Assembly: GCF_009914755.1 (NCBI RefSeq)
Contig: NC_060932.1
Reading direction: 5' to 3' (one strand)
DNA from: the human T2T-CHM13v2.0 reference genome, Homo sapiens
DNA: 64,000 bases
Made by a program: the position numbers and the translations under genes. Positions within the stretch are counted from its first letter, which is position 1. Each line of letters opens with the position of its first letter. Below are positions 43,025 to 57,713 of the stretch, piece by piece. The notes beneath the pieces are model-generated. The model was not told where the DNA came from. It was given only the letters and a program-made list of their open reading frames with translations, and did not search any database.

Positions 43025-43345
43025 GGCCATGCATGGTGCCTCATACTTGTATTCCCAGCACTTTGAGGGGCTGAGGTGGGAGCATCGCTTGAGCTCGAGT
43101 TCAAGACCAGCCTGGGCAACATGGCAAAAATCTGTCTCTACAAAAAAATACAAAAAAAAAAAAGAAAGAAAAAGAAAAACCATTAGCCAGGCATGGTGGG
43201 ATGCACCTGTAGTCCCATCTACTTGGGAGGCTGAGGCAGAAGGATCACTTGAGCTCTCAGAGGTTGCAGTGAGCTGGAATCGTGACACCACACTCCAGGC
43301 TGGGTGACAGAGTGAGACCCTGTGTCAAAATAAAATAAAATAAGA
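43025..43345 (+). mobile_element. Alu (AluJ-like)
   Basis: Full dimer. Degenerate TSD gaaatggtgtttcaag / gaaatagtattttcaag. Confidence 0.92.
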
Positions 43346-44319
43346 TATAAATGAAATAGTATTTTCAAGACTTGGTATAAATGCATAGCTGTTAAGCTGT
43401 AAGGACATCAATAAATGTTCATAAATAGGTAACTTTCTACATTCTATCACCTTATTTTCTATAATACAGAAAATATACTTTAAATTATTTTATTTATCTG
43501 AGTCCTTTTATTCTTTTTGCTTTTTTTTTTGTTTGCAAGACCAAAGTCAGAGCAATTTCAATTCTATTTTGAGCATTTTATTTTGGCACTCATGTATTTT
43601 AATTAAAAAAAATAAATAAACCATTGTCCTCAGCCAGAAGAATTTTCTGCTGAGTGGTCATAAATGCAGAGTTTAGCATTTCACATCTCTAGAATGTAAA
43701 AGCCACAAAGTCATATCTGTCTTTTATGTTGTCATATCACCAGGTGCCATCATGGTGCTGAGAACATAGTCTTTGTTTTTAAGAATTTATTCAGTAACTG
43801 ACTGAATGAGGAAGTATGGCTAGTTTGCTTAAGACATTGAGTTGTAGGAGTTGATGGGTAGCAGTTTAGTTATTATGCTACTGTCAGTTAATAAGAAAGT
43901 ATGAGTGCAATTCAGCAGTATCAGTGATGCATGGATTTGTTCCTAAATTGTTATTTTTGTGGTTGAAATTTGCACTGTTTATTTTGAAGCTCTCTGTGTA
44001 AGTCATAATCAGTGCTTAATTATTCAGACTAATGAATTGGAATTAGAGGTTTGCTCAGTCCACAATTCTTGCTACCATTAAAATATTTTGTTACATTTGT
44101 TTTTGAGTACATAGAAGCAACTAAGAAATGGATTAAGATGCTGCAGTTAATCTTTGTAAATTACTATGGCCATTGCCTGGCACCTAATGTTTGCTATGTT
44201 AAGAGTTTGTTATATGAATAAACGACCGCTGTTCCTGGTAGGTAATGAAAGTAATCTTAAACAATATTAGTACTGCCTAAAAAGTAAGGTCTTAAATATA
44301 ACTACAGTAGTCCTGAGAA

Positions 44320-44490
44320 AAATCATAGAGTGTTAGAACTGAAAAGGTTGTCTTAGAGGTCATCTGCTCGAATCTCATCTTTTTAGTTGAGGAAAACCAC
44401 AAGGTACAAACAACAAGGGCATCAATCCTAGCACTAGAACCCAGATCTCCAGATTTCAGGGTAAGGATTTTAATTATTACCATGCTATAC
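44320..44490 (-). mobile_element. MIR
   Basis: atcatagagtgttagaactgaaaagg..cttagaggtcatct..tttagttgaggaaaac..ctagaacccagatctcc. Confidence 0.72.
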
Positions 44491-45549
44491 TTTCAGTCTC
44501 AAGATGGCACTATATATGAATTCAGCTTCACTTTTATAGTGCTTTGGGTGTTATTATGCTTCCAGATAAGAGAGATGTATTTCTGTGCCATTGAGGAATA
44601 GCTTAGAGTACCTATGATTCATAGGAATTTGAAGGCTGTAAATCAACCGAATCTTTATATCTTTTTGTTCCTTCTTGCAGTATCTTGTACCCAAGTAGCT
44701 TCAATAAATTTTGACTGACAAGATGACCATAAAATAAGTAGTCCTAATGTCATAACATGGAAAAGGAGGGTAATGGGTGTGTGTGTGAATGTGAATTAGT
44801 ATAGTATAGTAATGAGCTGCCTCAGCGCTCTTAAACTTTTTTTAGCACCAATGCCTTTATGCAGGAAACTCTGAAAACAAGCAAGAGATCTTTGTGGGCT
44901 CTCTGTAAATTATGTGCATGCAAAAAAGCATCCTCAGTGCTTGTCCCTTGACAGCTGCTCTGAGACCACTGAGTCACTCGCTTGCATCTGTGAGCCACTG
45001 ACCAGTCACTGATTGCAGTGACAGTTTATCACTAACAACCTGAATTATCTTTGACCCAGAGACCCAGGGGTCAAAGGCCTCCTAGTCCATTATTAAATTT
45101 CCAGGGCAGTAGTTCAGTTTGCATTAGGGGATTTGTTTATATTTATTTATTTAGGGTTTTTGGGGGGTGGGGGGTGGAGGAGCTTGGGGGAATGAGACCT
45201 GCAGTTATTTTCCCCACATTATAAGATTATTTAGTCCTTTATTTGTAGGATTTGGCATCCTAAAAGAAAGGAAGACTCAAAGTATTGTGGTTCTGGTCTG
45301 GGCCTCACATGGGTGTCCTAAAGATTTCTGGGACCCATTTATGGGAAGAATGCCACTCTACAGATTATAGCAGGGAGGAGCTTTGCCCTCAGGAAGACAC
45401 AGATCCTTTGAGGGTGGTAGAGACTCCTAAAGTCTGCTGATTCATACCCAGCTGGCCCCATTAACAAGAGAATTAAAGAGTGGCTAGAAAGGGACTGAAG
45501 AGTTCACTGGGGGCCCATCCAAAAAGCTGGGGGTACAGACAACTGCTGA

Positions 45550-45892
<343 letters not shown>

Positions 45893-46328
45893 TAACCAGG
45901 AAGCATGCCTGGGCCAGACTGAGAGGGCTGAAGGATGACGGCATGGTTTCAGTGTGTGAGTGTGCATGTATGTACGTGTGTGTGAGAATGTGGGTAAGTG
46001 TGTGAGCCTGTAAAAGTGTATCATGAGTAGCTGTCTCTTGGGAGGAGAGGGAATCAGGAACCTTGGTCAAATAACACCATGTACTGGCATGGAAAGGCAC
46101 TGTTCTGGGCAGCAGTCAAGAAGACAGAGGAGGACTAACTGTATATGATTTGGGCAATCATTTAAAGTATCTGGGATTTATTTCCTTGTCTAATAATTAG
46201 CAAGGTTGATGTAGATGAGGTATAACAACTTTAGGGGTAGAAGAAAGCTATGATTCAAAGTCGGCATTTTATTAGATCAGTGGTCTCTGATTTGGTGTGA
46301 TGTGTTCCTGGTATGTTTTCGCTTAGAA

Positions 46329-46545
46329 CAAGGTTGTTTAACCCATGGCCCATGGGCTTCATGCATCCTAGGACAGCTTTGAATGTGGCCCAACACAAAT
46401 TTGTAAACTTTCTTAAAACATTATGAGCTTTTTTGTGATTATTTTTTCCAGTTCATCAGCTGTCATTAGTGTTAGTGTATTTTATATGTGGCCCAAGATA
46501 ATTCTTCTTCCAATGTGGCCCAGGGAAGCCAAAATATTGGCTCAC
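46329..46545. mobile_element. MER30 (hAT-Charlie) MITE
   Basis: ggacagctttgaatgtggcccaacacaaatttgtaaactttcttaaaacattatgag...ccaatgtggcccagggaagccaaaa. Confidence 0.88.
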
Positions 46546-48088
46546 TTAGAGTCTTTAGTAGTGACTATGTTTTTAGAAAGCCTAAGGTATTTGAAGAATA
46601 ATAGTCACATAAAGTCTAGGCAAATAGCAAATTTGTTTTATGTAGGAAACAGCTTATCTTCTATAGAATAACTTTTGATGGGTGAAATTGTAGTGTTAAT
46701 TTATCTTAGTGAACACCTAGAAGATTTGTTTAGGTATGTGAATTGTTTAGTGAAAATGTAGAAGATGGTAAGTATATTTGGGAATTACTAGTGCAGAAGC
46801 CTTTTATTAAATTCTCAATAGAAACTGGGTACTGGTTATGAATTGTGATCTCTCAGATACCTTTAACTTAGTCGTCTCTCATGAGTATGTGATACAATTG
46901 AAGTTGTGGGATTTAACCTCTGCTGAGCAGCAGAAAGATATGAAGCAGTGGAAAATACAGGCTAAACAGAGCCTTTCAGAATAATTTTTCCTCAGTGGTT
47001 TATGTTCTTCACATTCAGTTTTTATTCTTCTCCATCCTTAACTTTCTATAGCTGATACTTCCATTTTGGATATAGGCTCTGTTTCATTTCCAGAGGTATC
47101 TCTTTCCCTAAACTCATCAAGTACTTTTTCAACCTTGTTGATCATCTTAACAGAAGAATCGTAACATTAAGTTGATTTATGACACCATATCTCTGTAGTA
47201 ACTCTGAATTGTCATCAAGCTATTCATTGAAAGGATACCTCTTAAACTTTCTATTACTAAGATCCCCAAATGTATCTATTCTCCTCTCGATAAAATGAGT
47301 ATTGTCTTAGACAAGCAGCAGACTGCTTTTTAAGTGAAGTGGATTAAGCTGCTGTGATCGTCCCTGTGAATGTGTATGATAAATCATTTTGATGGCCTTT
47401 TTAAATCAGAGTCACCGAGTCCCACACAGAGAAACAGAGAATGCTGTCTGTCATTATTACAATAATAATTAAGCGTTGGCTGATAGGATATAAAGTATAA
47501 ATCAAAGATCTTAGAGGAAATAGATGAAAGAAAAGCTTTGTTTCTCAAAAACTTAATCTAAAAGAAGAAATATTGAGCAAGCATTGGGTGCTTCATGAAT
47601 GGCCTAAAAATATATTTAAGTCTATCACCTGGAGGTTCGTTCATTTATTGCCAGGAAAGAATCAATCCCACTTTTTTTTCTCTTTCCCTGTGGCTCAACT
47701 CCAGGAAGGTGTTTTAATTGATTGGTGGGAAGATTTTAACACAGACAAAACTTATAAGCTAAGCATCATTATTTCTAGTACAGTGGCTTCACCACATTAT
47801 AGGGTAATAAAGTTAAAAGCTGCCGATTGTTTCAGAATTATTTTCAGAAATTTACATCCTCTTTATTCCTATTACCTTGAGAAAGAGTTCAGAGAATGGG
47901 CTTAGTCAGCATGCAATTATGGTATTAGATAAAGCATACAGTTTGGTCTAAAACCAAGATGCAGCTAGTCTCATCAGGGTACTTTAATCAATCAAGGGTT
48001 GTTAAGAAGGTAGGAATGTCAGTCTAACTTCATTCCTTTGAAGGTGATCAGCCTTTCTTCTCTGGAGGCTTTGAAGATTTTGTCCTAT

Positions 48089-48388
48089 GGCTGGGCGTGG
48101 TGGCTCACGCTTATAATCCCAGCACTTTGGGAGGCTGAGGCAGGAGGATTACTTGAGCTCAGGAGTTTGAAACCAGCCTGGGCAACATAGAAAAACACCA
48201 TCTTCCTCTCCCCACTACCAAAAAAAAAAGTTAGCCAGTTATAATGGTGCACATGTGTAGTACCAGCTACTTGGGAGGCTGAGGTGGGAGGATTGCTGGA
48301 GCCCAGGAGTTTGAGGGTACAGTGAACCATGATCATATCACTGCACTGCAGCCAGGGTGACAGAGAAAGACCCAGTCTCAAAAAAAAA
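48089..48388 (+). mobile_element. Alu (AluJ-like)
   Basis: Full dimer. Confidence 0.92.
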
Positions 48389-48399
48389 TTGTTCTCCAA

Positions 48400-49370
48400 C
48401 AAATCTTTTTTGAAGTTATGGCATTTAACCCTGCCCACCATTCCCATTCCCCTGTCAGTTTCACTATCATGCATTCCTTTTTCTTTATCCCACTCAGGAC
48501 CATTGGGCTTGTCAAACATATAAATTGGCTTTCAGGAAAATTCTTCTCCATATCTCTTAAAAATTTCCTGTATCCCATTCTCTTCCCTCTTTTTGGAATT
48601 TTCTTTTTCTATAATTTAAAGATAGAGTCTTGCTGTTTTCTAGGCTGCTCTCAAACTCCTGACCTCAAGCGATCCTTCTACTTTGGCCTCCCAGTGTTGG
48701 GATTATAGGTGTGAACCATTATGCCCGGTCTAGAACTTTAACTAAAAGTACGTTGGACCTTCTTTCTCTGAACACTGGTTCTTTTTACTTCCCTCACGTT
48801 TCCCATCATTTTGTTTCACTCTCCCGCTGTATCTCTTTTGAAGTTATCTTCCCCTTCACTCATTGACTCTTCAGCTATGTGCGGTCTGCTGCCAAAACCA
48901 TCCATGAAGTTTTTCATTTCAAGGACTGTTTTCCCCCCTAAACCTAGCAGTTTTATTTGGTGCCTTTTCAAACCTTCTATGTTGTATTTTATATTTTCAA
49001 GGTCCCTGTAGATATTTTTCAGGTTGTTATTTATTTCTTTTAGCAGAGTAAGCCTAGTTGTTTCATAATTTCTGTGTGGTAATTTCAGTTTGTGTTGGTT
49101 CTCACTCTCTATGCCTTGGTTCCTTCTGTGCTTGATGGTTGGTCTCTGACCCTGTGTTGGCCATTGCTCTGTAAAAATTATCTGTGTCATTCCTCAAGGC
49201 ATGGGATAGAAGCACATTCCTGCCGAGAAGGTAAGTGTTACTGCTGGGTACTTGGAAACTTACCGAGTTCGTGGCTTGAGGTTCTGTGGCCTACCAGCCT
49301 GTGCACACCTAGGCATGTAGAAACCTGTCGGTAGACTCAGCTTTTCCCTCTGGCTGAACTCAGGATCAAG
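48400..49370 (-). mobile_element. Ancient L1M/HAL1-like relic retaining ORF1 coiled-coil sequence. It contains an Alu monomer (FLAM-like) at about 48600-48729.
   Basis: The minus-strand ORF 48816-49190 includes LKRHQIKLLGL..TVLEMKNFMDGFGSRPHIAEESMSEGED, similar to the L1 ORF1p pattern KKNQ.EILELKNTI.EMKNS.DGLNSRLD.AEERISELED. Confidence 0.72.
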
Positions 49371-49381
49371 ACAATGTGTCT

Positions 49382-49681
<300 letters not shown>

Positions 49682-50154
49682 TTAGTTCTCTGGGGCTAAA
49701 TGGGTATGTTTAGATTTGGTGTAGCTTTTTTGGGGTTCTTTACTCCTTTTGGGGTCCCAGCTTAATGTGAAGAGGGTCTACTCTAAGACTCCCCACTTCA
49801 GGAAGATCCTGGAGCCTCTATCCCTTTCTCCAGGATGAGCAAATGCACTTGAAGAAAAAGTAGTTGCTTTGTCCAGGTATTTTGCGTCTATCTCTAAGGT
49901 TTGAGATTTGCCTTAGAATTTGTCCAAAAAATGATCTTTTTTGTCAAATTCTTTTAAGGTGATGTTTATTATATTTCATTCAGCACTTTTAATTGTTTCC
50001 AGCCAGGAGGTTCTTGTGAGAAACTTACCTTCCAGGAATGGAAGAGGAATCATTAGTCATTAAGGAGCTAAAAATGTTAGGAAAATATTAATGCTTCAGA
50101 AACAATTTGTTGATCTGAAGAGTACCTAAGTTAGGGATTTTCAGAAAGTAGCAT

Positions 50155-50447
50155 TTTGTTTTGTTTTGTTTTGTTTTGTTTGAGACATGGTCTTGCTCTG
50201 TGGCCCAGGCTGAAATGCAGTGGCGCGATCTCAGCTCACTACAACCTCCACAAACGATTCTGTTGCCTCAGCCTCCTGAGTAGCTGGGATTATAAGCAGG
50301 CACCACCACACCCGGCTAATTTTTGTATTTTTCGTAGAGACGGGGTTTCACCATATTGGCCAGGCTGGTCTTGAACTCCTGGCCTCAAGTGCCCACCTCG
50401 GCCTCCCAAAGTGCTGGGATTACAGGCATGAGCCACTGCACCTGGCC
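50155..50447 (-). mobile_element. Alu (AluS-like) with a (TTTTG)n tail
   Basis: Antisense dimer. TSD agtagcatt. Confidence 0.93.
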
Positions 50448-51844
50448 AGTAGCATTCTTTGGATGAATTGACTCTGGTTTTGTTAGCCTTCAGAATCTAA
50501 GGAAGTTTATATCTGGTCAATTTTGAGAAAGAAGATCTCTAAGAAATGCCTCAAGTGGGGAAGGGATGGACTTTATAAACCAAAATGTCAATGTGTTAAT
50601 CCTAAATATCTCAATGAAATGGGGCAAAATATGGCTAAGAAAAATTTGACAAGGTGTAAATCTCACTGAATGCAATTGCTGTGGTTGCTACCAAGTTTAC
50701 AAGAGAAGAAACCAGGTTTTGCCAATGCATCAAAAATTAGATTAAAAAAGAAATTTCTCTGGCCTAGTCTGATGCTTAGCCTTCAAGAGTAAAATGATGT
50801 GTTGTTAGATGACTTGACCAAAGTCCCATAGCCAAGGCAGGGAGAGTGTTGCAGCCTGGTGGTCCATTATCTGATGCCACTGGATCTATGTAGATGAGTT
50901 TGGAACTTCACTTTCTGCCTTGTCTGGGACGTAAAAACTTTGGGTGCCCCTCACTTCTTTTTTATATAAACTGTTGTGTTTTATTGCCCTGGCACTCTTA
51001 AGTTGCTGTTTCACCCTAGCAGTGCCTGCTTCAAGCCATCACCAATGAAAGTGCCTTTGAAGTGTCTTAAGGCGTGTGCATTGCCTAGACAAATAGTTGG
51101 CAGAAGAGGTCAACACAAGCGTCTTTGCTTTGGAGTGTCAATTGAAGAAATTGTTTTTCCACTTGAATTGGCAGTGTGTGCTCTTACTGCTGTTAGAGTT
51201 CTGGGCAGAGAAGTAGATGTGATAATTATGAAGGGAGAAGGGGGAAGAACAGCTGCAGAATGCAGGGAAGTGACTGGACTCCAGTAATCATATTTGGCAG
51301 GTCAAGGGTGAGATTTAGCCTGATGGGATTTGGACCATTCCCTGGGCTAGAAAGTAGTGTTAAAATCAACTCCAGGTGTTTCTGTTATTCTTAAGGCCTA
51401 AGTATTATTAAAGCAGAAAATAATATGGTTAGGATATGAATGGGAGGGGATTGGTCATTCGCTGCTTGGGAATCACTTATTTGCAATAGAGCTCATTCTC
51501 TCTTGACAGTTGCTCCTACATGTCTAAAATACACCATAAATCTCGAAGTGCTCGTTTCAATATTGAAGTTTCCTCCAAGTGAGCTGTTATCACTTTTGTC
51601 TTCAAGAGAATGCTAACTCACTGAATCTCTTTGAGCTTTTTATGCTTTACACTGTGGATTTTGGAGTTTGCTTTGGTTTTTCCACTAGTTCTTTAAGTTA
51701 AATTTAGGTAAAGAAATTTAAAATCATCAGGCTTATTCTTAAAAACTCAAGTATTATCAAATGATGGATGATAGAGATATGCTTTGGGAATATATCCAAG
51801 TACTTCAAATGATAGAAGTTAGAACACCAGGAGACATTTAGTAA

Positions 51845-52025
51845 GAGATTCTTCTGCTGGGTGAAATCAACATCAACATCACCTGGAAACTCGTGGGTAG
51901 TGCAAATCCCCTGGCCTCACCCCAGAGCTCCTGGAATGAAGCTGTCCGGGATAGGGCCCGGCATCCTGTGTTTTAATAAGCTGTTTGTGGGATTCTAATG
52001 TTCGCCAAAGTTTTAGGATCATGCC
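51845..52025. mobile_element. MER5A-like hAT MITE
   Basis: catcacctggaaactcgt..tgcaaatcccctggcctcaccccagag...gggcccggcatcctgtgttttaataagc..gattctaatg. Confidence 0.78.
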
Positions 52026-52257
52026 TGCAGAGAATCCTGCTCACTATGAAAGTTTGCATGCCTGAGTAAGTCAAAAGAGATCTTTGAAAATAGTATCTAG
52101 GTTTGAGAGACTTGCTGTGATTGTATAATTTTAGCAAATGTGTCAAAACAAATTTTTACTTGCAGGCAATATCTTGTTAGTACAGAGAAATAAAACAAAC
52201 AAACAAAGATTATAAATAAGAACAAAAGTAATTCATCCAAGAGCCATGTGAAAATGA

Positions 52258-52781
<524 letters not shown>

Positions 52782-53165
52782 CTATACTCTTACTTGTTTA
52801 ACTTTCTGTCTATTTTCTCCTTTAAAAAAGAAAAGATTATATAGTAGACTTATACTTGGTATCTGTCTGAAAAAAATTATATGAAAACTGTCTTTATTGC
52901 CAGGGAAGCACTTGTACTTTCTTTTCTCATTTATTCTTTTCTGCACTTTAATATTACAGTTTATTTGCTTCTGGCTTTCTTTCATAATTTATCAGAAATA
53001 CAGGCTTGTATAGAAATCACCATTTTTTAAATAAAATTTTATTTTTATTAAATTATTGTGAGCTCATTGTTTTTTAAAACAATCATACACAAGTAAAACA
53101 TTTACCTTGGGGGTGGGCATCAGTTCCTTTTCCCATCCGTTTTCATCTCTAGTTTTCTTTCCTAA

Positions 53166-53572
<407 letters not shown>

Positions 53573-53611
53573 TTAAAAACCTTTTATTTTAGGTCTTATA
53601 GGAAGCTTGTG

Positions 53612-53735
53612 CATTCATTTATTCAACACATAATTATTAAGTACCTAATACATTCTGTACATTGTGCTAGGTTCTGGAAATAAACAGAGAATAGAACAGA
53701 CATGATTCTTATCCATGGAGAGCTTATATTCTAAA
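53612..53735 (-). mobile_element. L2 3' end
   Basis: cattcatttattcaacac..ttattaagtaccta...cattgtgctaggttctggaaat..catggagagcttatattcta. Confidence 0.72.
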
Positions 53736-56574
53736 GATGCTAGGAAGTACTTTTAAATAAAACTCTGACTTATATATAAAAACTTCAGAAAAGAAAGGGC
53801 CTGCTTTTAAATATTTTTTTTGGTGTTGTCCACTACTTGAACTTCATCAAGTTCATCAGAAAAAATTTAAATGGTATTTCTAAATAAGTGGTTTGCTCCA
53901 CTCTATCATTAAGCTTGTTAAGATGAATAAAAATCAGAATATTTTCAAATGTATGTAAATACATACATTCAGTGTATTTCCCAGCTTCAGAAAGTCCTAA
54001 TTTCTGAAAGTCCTTGTTATCAACTCTTGTTTTGAAAGGACCCTTTCTTTAAGATAAAGTGTCACATACATTATTTTGTATTGATACAAATTATTGATGA
54101 TTATGGATATTTTAGGTAATCAATACTAAGATAATTATGTTAATATGAATTATGATTATAGGGTATTGGTAACAGACAGGAGTGTAGGTGAATGATATGA
54201 ATTTGCACTGAGTTTGTCATGCCCAGAAAGTTAATCTGAGCCAAATTTCTAAAAAGTGCCTTCCTTATTCCATATTATGTATGAAAGAAGAGCATAGTTT
54301 ATGTGTGAATATATGGGCAACATGTATATAGATGTCCACATGAACTGCGCCTGGTTAGGTCCTAGAAAAGCCTATGGTGGGAAAGGTGGGTTAAGAGGAT
54401 TGAAGTTAGGAGTGAACTTGTTATAGTCTTCATAAATATTTTTATAGCCAGTAACATAAAACAATAAAGACAGTGCTCCAAATTAAAGATACAGCAATGA
54501 CATGACATCTACATTTGAAACTAGTAATAATGGATGCCGGGCCCTATTACTAATTTCTGCTTAGCATTCCTTACTCACCAGAAATGTTTTAGGATCTTAG
54601 TTCCTTTGCAGCTTGGGATGCTTGTAAATTCACTTGTTCTTTTATAAATAATGTGCATACAAGGAGATTTTCAACAGCATTTTCTTATCAAAGGTCTGGG
54701 CCTATAGTCAAATAGTCAATGCCATCGTGGTTTTACAGCACCCATGAGGAGGTGTTGACGTTCAGGTTTTAGCTTCAGGATTTTGACTTGTGTCTTCTTC
54801 CTGCTTGGGTCCTGTCTCTTCCCACCTCCCCAGCTCAGCCTTCATGTACGAATTTTAGATTCTTTTGCCTTCGTATCAGCCAGCAGAAGCTAGTTTTTTG
54901 TTTTGTTTTGTTTTTTTCAAGGCCTAGGTTTCCTTTTACTCACATCTTTCTTCAAGCTTTATTTGCAAACACCTCCATTCCTCTTGCCATTACTTTTGCT
55001 TCATGTCTATTTCAAAACTCTGTTTCATCTTTTTCTTGTTACTACCAATAGGAGTAAATTGAGTGACTTGCAATTAAGGTACAACAGAAGCAGAATTTTC
55101 AAAGTTACTCAAAAGGAATAGGTAGAAAAATTCCCATGGAAAGACAACTCAGTAAATAATTACATACAGGCAGTGACCATATATGCTCATTTTAAGTTAC
55201 AAATATACACACATGGCCATAAAAATAGAGACTGAGCTGGAACTCAATCCATAAACTGATTCCAAACCCCATGTAATTTTTATACACAGTTTATTGCTAG
55301 CTTTTTGTCCTTTTATGTTCACTTTTATGTCCTATCTTCTCTATATTCCTAAGTTGCCCACATTTTAAAATCTGCCTGTCTTCTGACTTTTTACCACAAG
55401 TGTTTTTTTCTCATCCACTTTTATTATTCTCATTTCCTGTTTTCAAAGAAACAATTGCAACACATTTTAGAAATGCTTACGACATAAGTGGCACACTCCT
55501 GAAGTCTTTCCAAAATCTATTTTCCTCCATGTCTTAATTTTTGAAATTTATATACTTAGCTTCTTTCTGCTAATTCCCACAGAAAAACTCAGCACAATTT
55601 TATAAACAATGTGAATGATCTTAGAGCCCTCATAGGAATAAATTGCACAGAATGTTATCAATATATCATAAGTGAGGTACAGGATTAATTTTCTAAGATA
55701 TCGTTTAAAATTTCTTCTATTGTTACTATACACATTTGATTTATTAAGCCAAAACTTCATTCCTCTAAGAATAATAATCCCGTCACAGTTCTAATCCTAG
55801 CATAGTGTCGTCTTAACTGCAATGTACTATCCTAACTTTCAATTACATCTTATTTCAGCTTTCTTTATTATACAGTAGCTAAAAATCATTGATAGTTATA
55901 AAGACCATAATGCCATAACCTCTCAAATTTAAACAGGATAGAATATTTTATGTTACTAATACAGCAACAGAGGCATTTTCCTCTGTTGGGTAGATGCAAT
56001 TATTCAGATTCCAAGTGGTTGAGACATTCCATAATTATGTCTCTAATTTTACATTCTACAGGCCTCATTTCCTCTGTCTGATAACTGTCCTCACCCAAGG
56101 GTTTCTACAAAGTCACAGTTTGGGTGAATCTGTCATCTCATTTTTTCAAAGAAGGAAGTCACCATCAAATAAAATTATACACACCAAATAAATAAATATC
56201 AAATAATATATTAATCTACAAATTTGCGACATATTTATTTTCTGACTTTGAGGTTAATTTCGCCACCATTTTTCCTAATCTGTATATCCTATCCCCACTT
56301 GCAAACAATGTTTTGCCTGAACCGAGTAATGGCAACATTTATCGTAAGTATATCTTAGCTTCTTCTCCTTATCTGAATGGGGTTCTAGTTCCCTTAGCAT
56401 TCTCAGATAACATTCTGAATATTCTACTCTGTATATCCAGTTTGTTCTTAGACCTCAAAATGCAGACCCTGCATGGATTATTCCCATTCTGCTGTCTGTC
56501 TTTATGAAACCTGCCAATTCTTATTGCTAGATGAAATTCTACAGATGTTCCATGATGACTTATTGACTCGATAA

Positions 56575-56741
56575 CAGGGATCTGCAAACATTTCTGTAGA
56601 GACCCAACTCTGCAGTTGTAGCACAAAAGTAGCCATAGACAATTTATGAGCAAATGAATGCAAGTGTGCTCCAATAAACTTTATTTACAAAAACAGATGG
56701 TAGGCAGGATTTGGCTTATGAGCCGTATTTTGCTGACCTCT
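56575..56741. mobile_element. MER58A-like hAT MITE, internally deleted
   Basis: cagggatctgcaaacatttctgta...gtgctccaataaactttatttacaaaaacag..ggatttggc..tttgctgacctctg. Confidence 0.82.
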
Positions 56742-56939
56742 GCTCTATAATATTCCTTGAAGAGATACTATTATCCCAATATCCTGACATAAAATATATA
56801 TCCTTACCATTTGCTGTAGCAATATTCAATTTTTCTTTACCTGGCGTTGCTTATGTTCTCCAGCCAGTTCTGTCTTTTCATTAGGAATCTGAGTTAGGAT
56901 TTCTTAGAACTATGTATTTGGGTAAGTTTATCAAAGGCC

Positions 56940-57446
56940 TTTTTATTTTTATTTTTTATTTTATTATTATTATACTTTAAGTTTTAGGGTACATGTGCAC
57001 AATGTGCAGGTTTGTTACATATGTATACATGTGCCGTGTTGGTGTGCTGCACCCATTAACTCGTCATTTAGCATTAGGTATATCTCCTAATGCTATCCCT
57101 CCCCGCTCCTCCCACCCCACAACAGTCCCCGGTATGTGAAATTCCCCTTCCTGTGCCCATGTGTTCTCATTGTTCAATTCCCACCTATGAGTGAGAACAT
57201 GCAGTGTTTGGTTTTTTGTCCTTGCGATAGTTTGCTGAGAATGATGATTTCCAGCTTCATCCATGTCCCTACAAAGGACATGAACTCATCATTTTTTATG
57301 GCTGCATAGTATTCCATGGTGTGTATGTGCCACATTTTCTTAATCCAGTCTATCATTGTTGGACATTTGGGTTGGTGCCAAGTCTTTGCTATTGTGAATA
57401 GTGCTGCAATAAACATACATGTGCGTGTGTCTTTATAGCAGCATGA
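56940..57446 (-). mobile_element. L1PA 3' end (5'-truncated primate L1)
   Basis: ORF2 C-terminus MFIAALFTIAKTWHQPKCP..MEYYAAIKNDEFMSF..CMFSLIGGN (57174-57416), 3' UTR and T-rich tail. Short TSD cctttt. Confidence 0.96.
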
Positions 57447-57713
57447 CCTTTTAAAGATCTTAGGAGCATAATGCTGTAACCTCTCAAATTTAAACAGGAT
57501 AGAAGATTTTATACATTACTAATCTGGTTGGGTAGATGCAATTATTCAAATTCCAAGTGGGTGAGACATTCCGTAATTATGTCTCTAATTTTACATTCTC
57601 CAGGCCTCATTTCCCTCTCTCATTTCATCAGGTCTTCAAAAGGCCTTTAATAAACTTACCCAAATATATAATTCTAAGAAATCTCAAATTCAGTGCTTGA
57701 TCAGATCACTGTG

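Noticed and set aside
57064-57416. ORFs resembling L1 ORF2p
   Set aside because: They are the C-terminal remnant of a 5'-truncated L1PA with no promoter or RT domain. Reported as a mobile element.
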